Assembly: GCA_949949035.1 (NCBI GenBank)
Contig: CATLHJ010000001.1
Location: forward strand, 6,116-70,115
Length of the DNA stretch: 64,000 nt
Source: an uncultured Clostridia bacterium
GTDB lineage: Bacteria > Bacillota > Clostridia > Christensenellales > UBA1242
Reading direction: 5' to 3'
Notes under the pieces: generated by a model
Databases searched by the model: none
What the model was told of the DNA's origin: nothing
The model's input: the letters and a program-made list of their open reading frames with translations, nothing else
In this document: in pieces, positions 52,135 to 60,586 of the stretch
How positions within the stretch are numbered: the stretch's first letter is position 1
Layout of the letters: every line of letters starts with the position of its first letter
Position numbers and translations under genes: made by a program

Positions 52135-53703
52135 ATGCATTGGAGTTTTGAATTAGCCCACGAGATCTTGCGCCGTTATCCTGACCGTGAAGAATATGTC
52201 GTGGCCAGTGGTATCTCGCCGTCAGGTAGCGTACATATCGGTAATTACCGTGAATTTGTCACCCAGTATTACGTAGCGAAAGCACTGAAGAGTCTGGGTA
52301 AAAAGGTTCGCGAAATTTTTTCGTGGGATGAATTTGACCGTTTTCGCAAGGTGCCGAAAAATTTCCCCGCCGACTATGCCCAATACGTCGGTAAACCATA
52401 CGTTGATATTCCGTCACCGTATAGCCAAGGCGAGAGCAGCGCCAAGTACTTCGAACGCGAATTTGAAGGCGCATTACAAAAACTGGGGATGAACGAAATC
52501 CCCGTGCAAATGATTTACCAAGCCGATCAATACCGCAGTGGTCGCTATGGCCAGCAAATTGCGTTGGCCATCAAAAAGCGTAAACAGATTTACGACATCA
52601 TTATGTCGTTTAAGACCCAAGATGGGGACGAGGGGGCGCGCGAAAATTATTACCCAGTGAATATTTACTGTCCTGTTTGCGGTAAAGACACCACCACTGT
52701 GGTCGCATTTGACGAAAAAACTGACGTCATCAGTTATCGTTGTCAATGCGGGCACGAACACAGTGTGGACGTTAAGACGGCCAGCAATATTAAATTGGTG
52801 TGGAAAGTGGATTGGCCGATGCGTTGGCAAGCCGAAAACGTGTGCTTTGAGGCGGCGGGAATTGACCACCACAGTGAAGGAGGCAGTTTTGATGTTTGTT
52901 CCCGTATTGCTCGTGAAATCTTCGGTATTGAACCACCCGTATCGACTTGTTACGCGTGGGTGGGCATTCGTGGTATTGGTAATATGCACAGCAGTACCGG
53001 CATTAACTTGACCCCTAACCAATTATTGAAGGTCTACGAACCCGAAATTCTGCGCTACTTGTACGCGAAGTACCCCGTAGGTGACGCGTTTGATTTTGGT
53101 TTTGATGATACGATTATTCGCCACTATGCCGAATTTGACCGTAACTTGGCACGTTATTTGGCCAAGGATCCAACCTTGGACGAATACGACCGCGTGGTTT
53201 ACGATTTGTGTTTAATGCCACAAAGTCAGGGTGAACGGGTTAGTTTCGGGACTTTGGCGACCGTTGCACCGTTGGCGGGTTTTAGCCGAGAATTGACCCA
53301 AAGAATGTTGGCACGGGCGAACGTAACGGCGTTAGGTAACTTCGACGAGCGTTTGGCCAAAGTTCAGTTTTGGTTGGAAAATTATCAACCCGACCGTATT
53401 TACCAGTTATTGCCGTGCTTTAATGTGACCTACTACCAAACTTTGACCACCGAACAAAAGGATGTAGTGACGCGCTTGGCCGATTTCTTGGCCACTCCGC
53501 GTGATGAAAAGGCTATCCAAGAATTTTTGTACCAAATTATTAACGACCCGAACCTGACCAAAAAAGAGAACCAAAAGCGACAACAAACGTATTTTAAGAT
53601 TTTTTATAACTTGCTGTTCGGTCGTGATGATGGACCGCGTTTATACCTGTATTTGGCGGTGGCTGACCCCAAAAGTTACGTTAAACTCTTGTCAGAAAAA
53701 TAA
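52135..53703 (+). CDS. lysK: lysyl-tRNA synthetase, class I
   Basis: 522 aa with a class I HIGH-type motif (SGSVHIGNYREF) and a KMSKS-like loop (GIGNMHSSTG). A zinc-type Cys cluster is present (CPVCGKD ... CQCGH). The architecture is unlike class II LysS. Confidence 0.85.
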   Translation: MHWSFELAHEILRRYPDREEYVVASGISPSGSVHIGNYREFVTQYYVAKALKSLGKKVREIFSWDEFDRFRKVPKNFPADYAQYVGKPYVDIPSPYSQGESSAKYFEREFEGALQKLGMNEIPVQMIYQADQYRSGRYGQQIALAIKKRKQIYDIIMSFKTQDGDEGARENYYPVNIYCPVCGKDTTTVVAFDEKTDVISYRCQCGHEHSVDVKTASNIKLVWKVDWPMRWQAENVCFEAAGIDHHSEGGSFDVCSRIAREIFGIEPPVSTCYAWVGIRGIGNMHSSTGINLTPNQLLKVYEPEILRYLYAKYPVGDAFDFGFDDTIIRHYAEFDRNLARYLAKDPTLDEYDRVVYDLCLMPQSQGERVSFGTLATVAPLAGFSRELTQRMLARANVTALGNFDERLAKVQFWLENYQPDRIYQLLPCFNVTYYQTLTTEQKDVVTRLADFLATPRDEKAIQEFLYQIINDPNLTKKENQKRQQTYFKIFYNLLFGRDDGPRLYLYLAVADPKSYVKLLSEK

Positions 53704-53717
53704 TTTGGGCTTATAAT
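53690..53717 (+). promoter_or_regulatory. putative promoter overlapping the lysK 3' end, leaderless geometry
   Basis: TTGTCA (53690-53695), 16 nt, TATAAT (53712-53717), 6 nt, ATG 53724. Confidence 0.5.
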
Positions 53718-53723
53718 AAAGCA

Positions 53724-54269
53724 ATGAACAATAAAGAATTAAGGAAGTACGATTTATTGGTGCAAATTGGCAACCAAGGCGGGGCCAACGCGTTGCGTGA
53801 ATTGGCGGGACTGGACTTTGACGTCGCTGTCGAGATGTGGGAATACAAAATGACCAAAGATATTAACACCTTTAACGGGGAAGACATCTTTGGTATTTTG
53901 GCGGGAGTTTCCGAAACTAAATTGCGTTCGGCAGTATTGGACAATACTGCGTTATTAAAATTGATTTACGGGGCGAGTGCGGAAAGTTGTACGGGGGCTA
54001 ATTTGACCTTCTTGGCCGGTTTAATTGTGAACTCAAAAATTACCGAAGCGGAAGAAATCTTAAAGATGGTTAAGAACAACGGTTCTGGTGATTTTAACGA
54101 ACGCATGAACGCGGTGGTCGACGCCGTGTTCACTTTGTCCATGGGTAAAACCGGCACCAAAAAAGCCACCTTAAACCACAAGCAAACCATTTTGTTATTT
54201 GATTTCGTTTCCAAAATGAAAGCGGGTACCACTAAGAATGTTTTGACCCAACGCTTAAAAGAATTATAA
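53724..54269 (+). CDS. hypothetical helical protein (181 aa)
   Basis: Intact ORF with no TM and no recognisable motif. Its stop codon directly abuts the mnmG stop on the opposite strand. Confidence 0.45.
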   Translation: MNNKELRKYDLLVQIGNQGGANALRELAGLDFDVAVEMWEYKMTKDINTFNGEDIFGILAGVSETKLRSAVLDNTALLKLIYGASAESCTGANLTFLAGLIVNSKITEAEEILKMVKNNGSGDFNERMNAVVDAVFTLSMGKTGTKKATLNHKQTILLFDFVSKMKAGTTKNVLTQRLKEL

Positions 54270-56030
54270 TTATTTTTTACGTAAATGTATTAACAGTACG
54301 GTAATGTCCGCCGGTGTTACACCAGAAATGCGGGAGGCTTGGCCAACATTTAATGGCTTAATGTGGTTTAATTTAATTTGTGATTCGCGACGCAAGCCTT
54401 TGACCGTGTCGTAATTCAGGTCGGGCGACAAGGGAGTAGCCTCTTGGCGACGAATTTCGGCAATAGCGGCTTGTTCGCGGGCAATATAACCGGCGTACTT
54501 AATTTCGGTAGTAATTTGGTCCAGTAAAGCGGGGGATTGGTCGGGGAAAAATTCCCGCAAAGTATGGTCCTGCTTGGCGACTTCGGCGCGTATCTTCGGG
54601 GTAATCAGTGCCCGTAGTGTGGATAACTGTTGTTGCTTGGCTTGAAAAACTGCCCAGCGGTGGTCGTCGACCAAACCAATTTCCCGACCTAACGGCGTTA
54701 AACGTTCGTCGGCGTTGTCTTGGCGTAACGATAAACGGTATTCGGCACGGGCGGTAAACATGCGGTACGGTTCGTTAGTGCCTAAGGTAGTGAGGTCATC
54801 AATTAAGACCCCCAAGTAGGAATTCGTACGTGATAAAGTAATAGCGGGCTTGCCTTGCAAAAAACGACTGGCGTTAATCCCCGCCAACAGGCCTTGTCCC
54901 GCGGCTTCTTCGTAACCACTGGTGCCGTTAATCTGCCCCGCGCAATAAAGACCAGTGTATTGTTTGTGTTGCAAGGTGGGTAACAAAGTCAAGGGGTCAA
55001 GACAGCCGTATTCAATCGCGTAACCCGGTCGTAAAATTTGGCAATGAGTTAACCCTTTAATCGTGTGAATAAAGCGGTCTTGTACGTCGGCGGGTAGGGA
55101 ACTGGACATGCCCTGCAAATAAATTTCACGACCATGTTCGGTTTCGGGTTCCAAAAAGGCTTGGTGGCGGGTACGGTCAGCAAAACGGGTAACTTTATCT
55201 TCGATACTGGGACAGTAACGTGGCCCCACGCCAACGATTAAACCGCTGTACATTGCGGATTTGGTAATGTTATCACGAATAATTTGGTGGGTTTGCTCGT
55301 TGGTGTAGGTCAGGTAGCACGGGCAGACGTTTTTAATGGGGTGGGTCGAAATAAAGGAAAACGGGCGGATATTATCGTCACCATTTTGCATTTCGGTTGC
55401 CGCATAATCAATGGTGGCTTGGTCAATGCGGGCAGGGGTACCGGTTTTGAAACGACGCAGTTTAATACCCATCGCGGTTAAAGAGTCGCCCAAGTGCGGT
55501 GCGTTCGGTAACCCCATCGGGCCTTCGTTTTTGACTACGGAGCCGACAAAAGTTTTACTGCTTAAATAGGTACCCGTACAAACGATTACCGCGCGACAGG
55601 CAATGGGTTCGCCGTCAATGACAACGCCCGTAATTTGGCGACCTTGCCATTGCAAAGCCTGTACTTCACCAATTTGTAAGGTTAAGTTGGGGGTGCTCTT
55701 CAATAGCGCCAACATCGCGTCGTGGTAACGGGCTTTGTCGATTTGGGCACGCAAACTGCGCACGGCAGGACCTTTGGCGGCGTTAAGCATGCGTACCTGT
55801 AACGCAGTTTGGTCGGCCAAGCGGCCCATCACGCCACCCAAAGCGTCAATTTCACAAACTAAATGCCCTTTCGCAGTACCACCGATTGACGGGTTGCAGG
55901 GCAACAGGCCAATGCTACGTTCGTGTAAGGTAGTGATTAACACTTTTTGTCCCAACTTCGCGGCGGCAATGGCGGCTTCGCAACCCGCATGTCCCGCACC
56001 AATAACCACAATATCGTACGCTGTTTTCAT
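54270..56030 (-). CDS. mnmG: tRNA uridine 5-carboxymethylaminomethyl modification enzyme MnmG (GidA)
   Basis: 586 aa from ATG 56030, starting MKTAYDIVVIGAGHAGCEAA (FAD fold), with GGTAKGHLVCEIDALGG and GQINGTSGYEEAAGQG. It begins 2 nt after the mnmE stop. Confidence 0.95.
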   Translation of the reverse strand: MKTAYDIVVIGAGHAGCEAAIAAAKLGQKVLITTLHERSIGLLPCNPSIGGTAKGHLVCEIDALGGVMGRLADQTALQVRMLNAAKGPAVRSLRAQIDKARYHDAMLALLKSTPNLTLQIGEVQALQWQGRQITGVVIDGEPIACRAVIVCTGTYLSSKTFVGSVVKNEGPMGLPNAPHLGDSLTAMGIKLRRFKTGTPARIDQATIDYAATEMQNGDDNIRPFSFISTHPIKNVCPCYLTYTNEQTHQIIRDNITKSAMYSGLIVGVGPRYCPSIEDKVTRFADRTRHQAFLEPETEHGREIYLQGMSSSLPADVQDRFIHTIKGLTHCQILRPGYAIEYGCLDPLTLLPTLQHKQYTGLYCAGQINGTSGYEEAAGQGLLAGINASRFLQGKPAITLSRTNSYLGVLIDDLTTLGTNEPYRMFTARAEYRLSLRQDNADERLTPLGREIGLVDDHRWAVFQAKQQQLSTLRALITPKIRAEVAKQDHTLREFFPDQSPALLDQITTEIKYAGYIAREQAAIAEIRRQEATPLSPDLNYDTVKGLRRESQIKLNHIKPLNVGQASRISGVTPADITVLLIHLRKK

Positions 56031-56032
56031 GC

Positions 56033-57328
56033 TTATTTCCCCAGACAAAATTTGCTGAAAATTTCGTCTAATGTCTTTTCGTCAACGTTACTGCCCGTCA
56101 CTTTACCCACGTGCGCCAATGCTAAAGTCAGGTTGGCGGCAATTTTGTCTAACGCTTCATCAGGTTTAATGGCGGTCAAAATTTGGTCGGCAGTACGCAG
56201 TTCGTTAATTTGGCGGGCGTTAGTTAAGTTTAAGACCCCGTTAGCGGCAGGGTTTTGGGTCGTCATTTGCACAATGGTATGCAGTAAACGGGTAAGGTTA
56301 TGTCCCGTTTTGGCGGATACTGCCAGTCCGTCGCTGGGTACGTTGGGGCACAGGTCGCATTTATTGTACACGATTATATGCTTTTTAGTACGCGGAAAAT
56401 CCACCAGTACGCGGGTTGTGGCGTCTACCACGATTACCAACAGGTCGGCGTGCTTAATGGCGGCTTGCGCCCGAGCAATACCTTGTCGCTCGATGGGGGA
56501 TAAGTCGCCGTCGCGCAGGCCCGCGGTGTCAATAAAGTTAATTTTTATGCCGTGGTAAGTAATGGTTTGGCTGATGGTGTCGGTGGTGGTCCCCGCGATG
56601 TCGGTGACGATACTGCGGTTGTTTTGTACCAAGGCGTTGAACAAACTGCTTTTGCCAGCGTTGGGGCAACCGACCAAACACACGTTAACGCCGTTAGTCA
56701 TAATTTGCCCATCGTGGGTGGTGACCAGTAACTGCTTAATGGTGCTTTGTACTTGTTGAATTTTCGCCCAAGGTACAGTGGGACTGTCTAAATCTTCGGG
56801 GTAGTCCAAATACGCGTCGATTTCGGCGCGGGCGGAAACCAAGTCGTTTTCAATTTGGGTCAGTATGGTTTGCAGTTCACCCGCCTGCAAACGGGACGCG
56901 TTTTGTAATTCTAAATCGGATTCGGCGTTGATTAGGTCGATCGTGCTTTCGGCTTGGGTCAAGGTCATCTTGCCGTTTAAGACCGCGTTGCGGGTGAATT
57001 CGCCGGGTTCGGCCGGAATGGCGCCGTGTTTAACCGCGGTTTGCATAATGCGGTTTAGCAAATGCCAACCGCCGTGGGCTTGGATTTCTACGACGTCGTC
57101 ACCGGTAAAACTGTGCGGGGCGGGGAAATAAATGGCCAAGGCCGTATCAGTAAAATGGTCACCCGTTACCTGACCCAGCGTAGCGTGGCGGGGTTTTAAC
57201 GGTCGCGAAAACATTCTTTGGGCAATAATTAAGGCTTGCTTCCCCGATAAACGAACAATGCCAACTCCGCCGAAGCCCATCGGCGTAGCAATACCAACAA
57301 TCGTTTTTTCATTTGGTTGTGTCATCAT
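56033..57328 (-). CDS. mnmE: tRNA modification GTPase MnmE (TrmE)
   Basis: 431 aa from ATG 57328. It has the N-terminal block TIVGIATPMGFGGVGIVRLSG, a G domain (GCPNAGKSSLFNAL, DTAGLR, NKCD) and the C-terminal CLGK motif. TAATG stop/start overlap with the upstream ORF. SD GGAG upstream. Confidence 0.93.
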   Translation of the reverse strand: MMTQPNEKTIVGIATPMGFGGVGIVRLSGKQALIIAQRMFSRPLKPRHATLGQVTGDHFTDTALAIYFPAPHSFTGDDVVEIQAHGGWHLLNRIMQTAVKHGAIPAEPGEFTRNAVLNGKMTLTQAESTIDLINAESDLELQNASRLQAGELQTILTQIENDLVSARAEIDAYLDYPEDLDSPTVPWAKIQQVQSTIKQLLVTTHDGQIMTNGVNVCLVGCPNAGKSSLFNALVQNNRSIVTDIAGTTTDTISQTITYHGIKINFIDTAGLRDGDLSPIERQGIARAQAAIKHADLLVIVVDATTRVLVDFPRTKKHIIVYNKCDLCPNVPSDGLAVSAKTGHNLTRLLHTIVQMTTQNPAANGVLNLTNARQINELRTADQILTAIKPDEALDKIAANLTLALAHVGKVTGSNVDEKTLDEIFSKFCLGK

Positions 57329-57579
57329 TATTTCTCCACTAATGCGTTCAATTCTAGACAATCAAACGGTACCTTTTCCAAAAAGTCACGGGGCTTCAAT
57401 TTCAAAATATTGAACGCCAAAAAATTGTCAATTTGGGACTGGGTCACAATTGGGGTGGGAATTTTTAAGGCTGTCGCCATCGCTACCAAACCGTGGTAAA
57501 AGTCGGTCGGGTCAATCGCCACTACCGCGCTTTGTTTAACCTTATGGTCAATGATGATCTTGGCCCAAACTTTGGTCAT
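57328..57579 (-). CDS. hypothetical 83-aa protein, first gene of the mnmE-mnmG unit
   Basis: MTKVWAKIIIDHKVKQSAVVAIDPTDFYHGLVAMATALKIPTPIVTQSQIDNFLAFNILKLKPRDFLEKVPFDCLELNALVEK. The start lies 32 nt inside the fba 3' end. Confidence 0.5.
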   Translation of the reverse strand: MTKVWAKIIIDHKVKQSAVVAIDPTDFYHGLVAMATALKIPTPIVTQSQIDNFLAFNILKLKPRDFLEKVPFDCLELNALVEK

Positions 57580-58489
57580 TACGCAGAGTATAATACTTTA
57601 ATTTGCGTTCGGCAACTGCTGTGACCGTTTTCATGGCTTCTTTTAAGTAAGAACGTGGGTCGAAAACTGCGGGCTGGTCGTGGAAATATTGGCGGATAGT
57701 AGCCGTAATCGCCAAACGCAGATCGCTGTCGATATTGATTTTGCGAACGCCGTCGTCAATGGCACGGGCCAGTTCGCGTTCGTGAATGCCCACCGCGTCC
57801 TTGATTTGTCCGCCAAACTGGTTAATGGTGGTCACGTATTCGGGGATTACCGATGAAGCGCCGTGTAACACTAACGGCGTATCGGGGATGGCGGCGTGGA
57901 TTTGTTTTAGAATATCGTAACGCAGAGCAGGGGTCGACCCGACCGCGTACTTGTACGCCCCGTGTGCCGTACCAATCGACACGGCCAAGGAATCAACACC
58001 AGTTTTTTGGACAAACTCGCGGGCTTTGGCGGGGTCGGTGTACTTACTGTGCGCAACGTTGACGGCGTCTTCAATACCACAAATTTCGCCCAGTTCGCCT
58101 TCCACCCAAACGTCATGAGCGTGGGCGTAGTCAACCACTTTTTTGGTTAAAGCGACGTTTTCGGCAAAGGGCAGGTGACTGCCGTCAATCATTACCGAGT
58201 CAAAACCGTGATCAATACAGTCTTTGCATAGTTCAAAACTGTCACCGTGATCTAGATGTAAAACCAAGGTTGTTTGGGTATTGGCTTGTGCGGTATTAAA
58301 TAAGGCTCGTAAATAATCGGAACCTGTGTAACGTCGTGCCCCCGCGGATACTTGTAAAATGGCGGGGCATTGTAAATTATTTAAGGCGGCGGTAATGCCT
58401 TTCATTACTTCCATATTGGAAATATTAAACGCGACAATAGCACAGTTTTTTTGCTGTGCCCAATTAAATAAAGTTTGCATTTTGTTCAT
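57548..58489 (-). CDS. fba: fructose-1,6-bisphosphate aldolase, class II
   Basis: 313 aa with the family blocks AIVAFNISNMEV, LHLDHGDSFE, MIDGSHLPFAENV, SIGTAHGAYK and LVLHGASS. Confidence 0.92.
   Translation of the reverse strand: MNKMQTLFNWAQQKNCAIVAFNISNMEVMKGITAALNNLQCPAILQVSAGARRYTGSDYLRALFNTAQANTQTTLVLHLDHGDSFELCKDCIDHGFDSVMIDGSHLPFAENVALTKKVVDYAHAHDVWVEGELGEICGIEDAVNVAHSKYTDPAKAREFVQKTGVDSLAVSIGTAHGAYKYAVGSTPALRYDILKQIHAAIPDTPLVLHGASSVIPEYVTTINQFGGQIKDAVGIHERELARAIDDGVRKINIDSDLRLAITATIRQYFHDQPAVFDPRSYLKEAMKTVTAVAERKLKYYTLRNDQSLGQDHH
57587..57615 (-). promoter_or_regulatory. putative promoter inside the fba 3' coding region driving the 83-aa ORF, mnmE and mnmG
   Basis: Minus strand: TTGCCG (57615..57610), 17 nt, TATACT (57592..57587), 7 nt, ATG 57579. 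Confidence 0.5.
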
Positions 58490-58495
58490 AATTTC

Positions 58496-58524
58496 ATTAT
58501 AGACGATGGTGCGCGGTGTGTAAA
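58496..58524 (-). promoter_or_regulatory. putative fba promoter, leaderless geometry
   Basis: Minus strand: TTTACA (58524..58519), 17 nt, TATAAT (58501..58496), 6 nt, ATG 58489. Confidence 0.55.
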
Positions 58525-58530
58525 AACAAT

Positions 58531-58559
58531 TTGCGTTAAAATGGCTTAAAAGTTATCAT
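58531..58559 (+). promoter_or_regulatory. putative GT2-gap promoter, leaderless geometry
   Basis: TTGCGT (58531-58536), 17 nt, TATCAT (58554-58559), 6 nt, ATG 58566. Confidence 0.5.
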
Positions 58560-58565
58560 ATAAGT

Positions 58566-59504
58566 ATGGGGAAAATTTCATTGGTCTTGCCGGTTTATAA
58601 CGAACAGATTATTCTACGTGATGTATTAAATAAGTACTTGGCCGATTTAGAAAATATTCGTACGCAAATGGACTACGCTTGGGAAGTAGTAGCGGTCGAT
58701 GATTGTAGTAGCGACGAATCAAAATTGATTTTAATGGATTTCGCCAAAAAGTACCGTAACTTTAAGGTTGTTTCGTTGGCGAATCGTTCGGGCAAGCACG
58801 CGGCGGTCAGCGCGGGTTTTGCCGTTAGTACGGGGTCAATCGTCTTGACCGCAGAAATTGATTTGCAAAACCCGCTGGGTTTGTTTACCGAAATGTTGAA
58901 GGAACATTTGACCAGTGGAGTACCGATTATTTACGGGTACCAAGAATTTGTTGGTTGGAAAAAGCGTAAGGCTTTTATGACTGACCGTTTGACCCGCTTT
59001 GCCTGCCGTTTGTTCTTGATTGATGGATATTTCACCGGTATTGTCAACGCCGAATTATACGCGGCTGACGTGGTAGATGTGTTACGCCAAAATCCGGTAA
59101 AGAACAAATATATGCGTACCATGAATAATTGGGTCGGTTGGGAAAGCCGTGAATTTTGGTACGCTCGTGAATATACCGATGAAGAAGCCAAGGTTAAGCA
59201 GGAACAATTAAGGGCGCGCAGTCGCCATTATCAAGGCTATAAAAAACGCGGCCACGAAAATTCGGCCACTAAATGGTGGGCGATATTGTGTCTTTGCTTG
59301 GCGGCGGTGGCGTTTGGCACCGCAATTTATTTGGTGCCCCGTGTTGATGCCGTGTTAACGGGGTTGATGTTTACTTTGGGCTTTGCTATGTTGGCGCTGA
59401 TGTTGATGTTTTGGTTCCGGTCGCTGTTGTTGACGCGCATTGGCAAATTGAATTTCCGTGATGGTGAAATAATTTACGAAATCAAGTCAATACTAAATAA
59501 ATAA
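58566..59504 (+). CDS. family 2 glycosyltransferase (polyprenyl-phosphate glycosyltransferase-like) with C-terminal TM helices
   Basis: 312 aa. The GT-A N-terminus reads [11 protein letters not shown] with a [11 protein letters not shown] acidic motif. Two C-terminal TM helices are present ([40 protein letters not shown]). Confidence 0.8.
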   Translation: MGKISLVLPVYNEQIILRDVLNKYLADLENIRTQMDYAWEVVAVDDCSSDESKLILMDFAKKYRNFKVVSLANRSGKHAAVSAGFAVSTGSIVLTAEIDLQNPLGLFTEMLKEHLTSGVPIIYGYQEFVGWKKRKAFMTDRLTRFACRLFLIDGYFTGIVNAELYAADVVDVLRQNPVKNKYMRTMNNWVGWESREFWYAREYTDEEAKVKQEQLRARSRHYQGYKKRGHENSATKWWAILCLCLAAVAFGTAIYLVPRVDAVLTGLMFTLGFAMLALMLMFWFRSLLLTRIGKLNFRDGEIIYEIKSILNK

Positions 59505-59524
59505 AAAAGGAGTACAAAAGTAAA

Positions 59525-60532
59525 ATGGTAAAAATTGGTATCAACGGCTTTGGGCGCATTGGGCGTTTAATTTTGCGTAACACTTTGCAACGTAAGGACG
59601 CGGTGGTTACGGCGGTTAATGACCCGTTTGTGACTTTGGATCATGCCGCGTATATGTTAACCTACGATACGGTACACGGTAAGTTGGACGCCGAGGTCAA
59701 GGTTGACACCGCTCATAACGCGTTGGTAATTGCGGGGCACAGTGTTAAATTCTACGCCGAAAAGGAACCGATTAACGTGCCATGGGGACAAAACGATGTC
59801 GATGTGGTCATGGAAGCCACCGGTGTGTTTACGACTACGGAAAAGTGCCAAGCCCACCTGCAAGCGGGAGCCAAGAAAGTAATTATTACCGCACCCGCGA
59901 AAGACACGGTTACCCCAACTTATGTCATGGGCGTTAACGAAAAGACTTACCAACCCGACCAAAACATTATTTCCAATGCGTCGTGTACGTCGAACTGTAT
60001 TGCTCCGTTGTGCAAAGTTATTCACGAAAATTTTGGTATTGTCGAAGGCTTGATGACCACCGTACATGCGGTAACCGCCAGCCAAAAGACGGTGGACGGT
60101 GCCAGTGCTAAAAATTGGCGTTTAGGTCGTGCCGCGTACGATAACATGATTCCATCAACCACGGGTGCCGCCAAAGCGGTGGGCTTGGTGATTCCCGACT
60201 TGCGAGGTAAACTAACGGGTACCAGTTTACGTGTCCCCGTGGCCAACGTATCTTTGGTGGATTTAACTTGCCGTTTGGCGAAACCTGCCAGCGAAGCCGA
60301 AATCTGCGCCGTGATTAAGAAGGCCTGCGACCACGAAATGAAAGGCATTATGGAGTACACCGAAGTCCCGGTCGTTTCCAGTGACATTATCGGTAATCCG
60401 CACACCGCGGTGTTCGACGCTAAAGCCAGCGTCTATTTGAACAATAACTTCGTCAAATTATTCGCTTGGTACGATAACGAGTGGGGTTACAGTGTCAAGA
60501 CAGTAGACCTTGCCTTACATATTAGCAAGTAA
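59525..60532 (+). CDS. gap: glyceraldehyde-3-phosphate dehydrogenase
   Basis: 335 aa with the NAD fold INGFGRIGR, the catalytic [13 protein letters not shown] block and the [10 protein letters not shown]-terminal block. SD AAGGAG upstream. Confidence 0.95.
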   Translation: MVKIGINGFGRIGRLILRNTLQRKDAVVTAVNDPFVTLDHAAYMLTYDTVHGKLDAEVKVDTAHNALVIAGHSVKFYAEKEPINVPWGQNDVDVVMEATGVFTTTEKCQAHLQAGAKKVIITAPAKDTVTPTYVMGVNEKTYQPDQNIISNASCTSNCIAPLCKVIHENFGIVEGLMTTVHAVTASQKTVDGASAKNWRLGRAAYDNMIPSTTGAAKAVGLVIPDLRGKLTGTSLRVPVANVSLVDLTCRLAKPASEAEICAVIKKACDHEMKGIMEYTEVPVVSSDIIGNPHTAVFDAKASVYLNNNFVKLFAWYDNEWGYSVKTVDLALHISK

Positions 60533-60586
60533 CGTGCCCTGAAATTAGTTAGCCAAGCGGTGGACATTTGGTAGGGCTGGGCGTAG

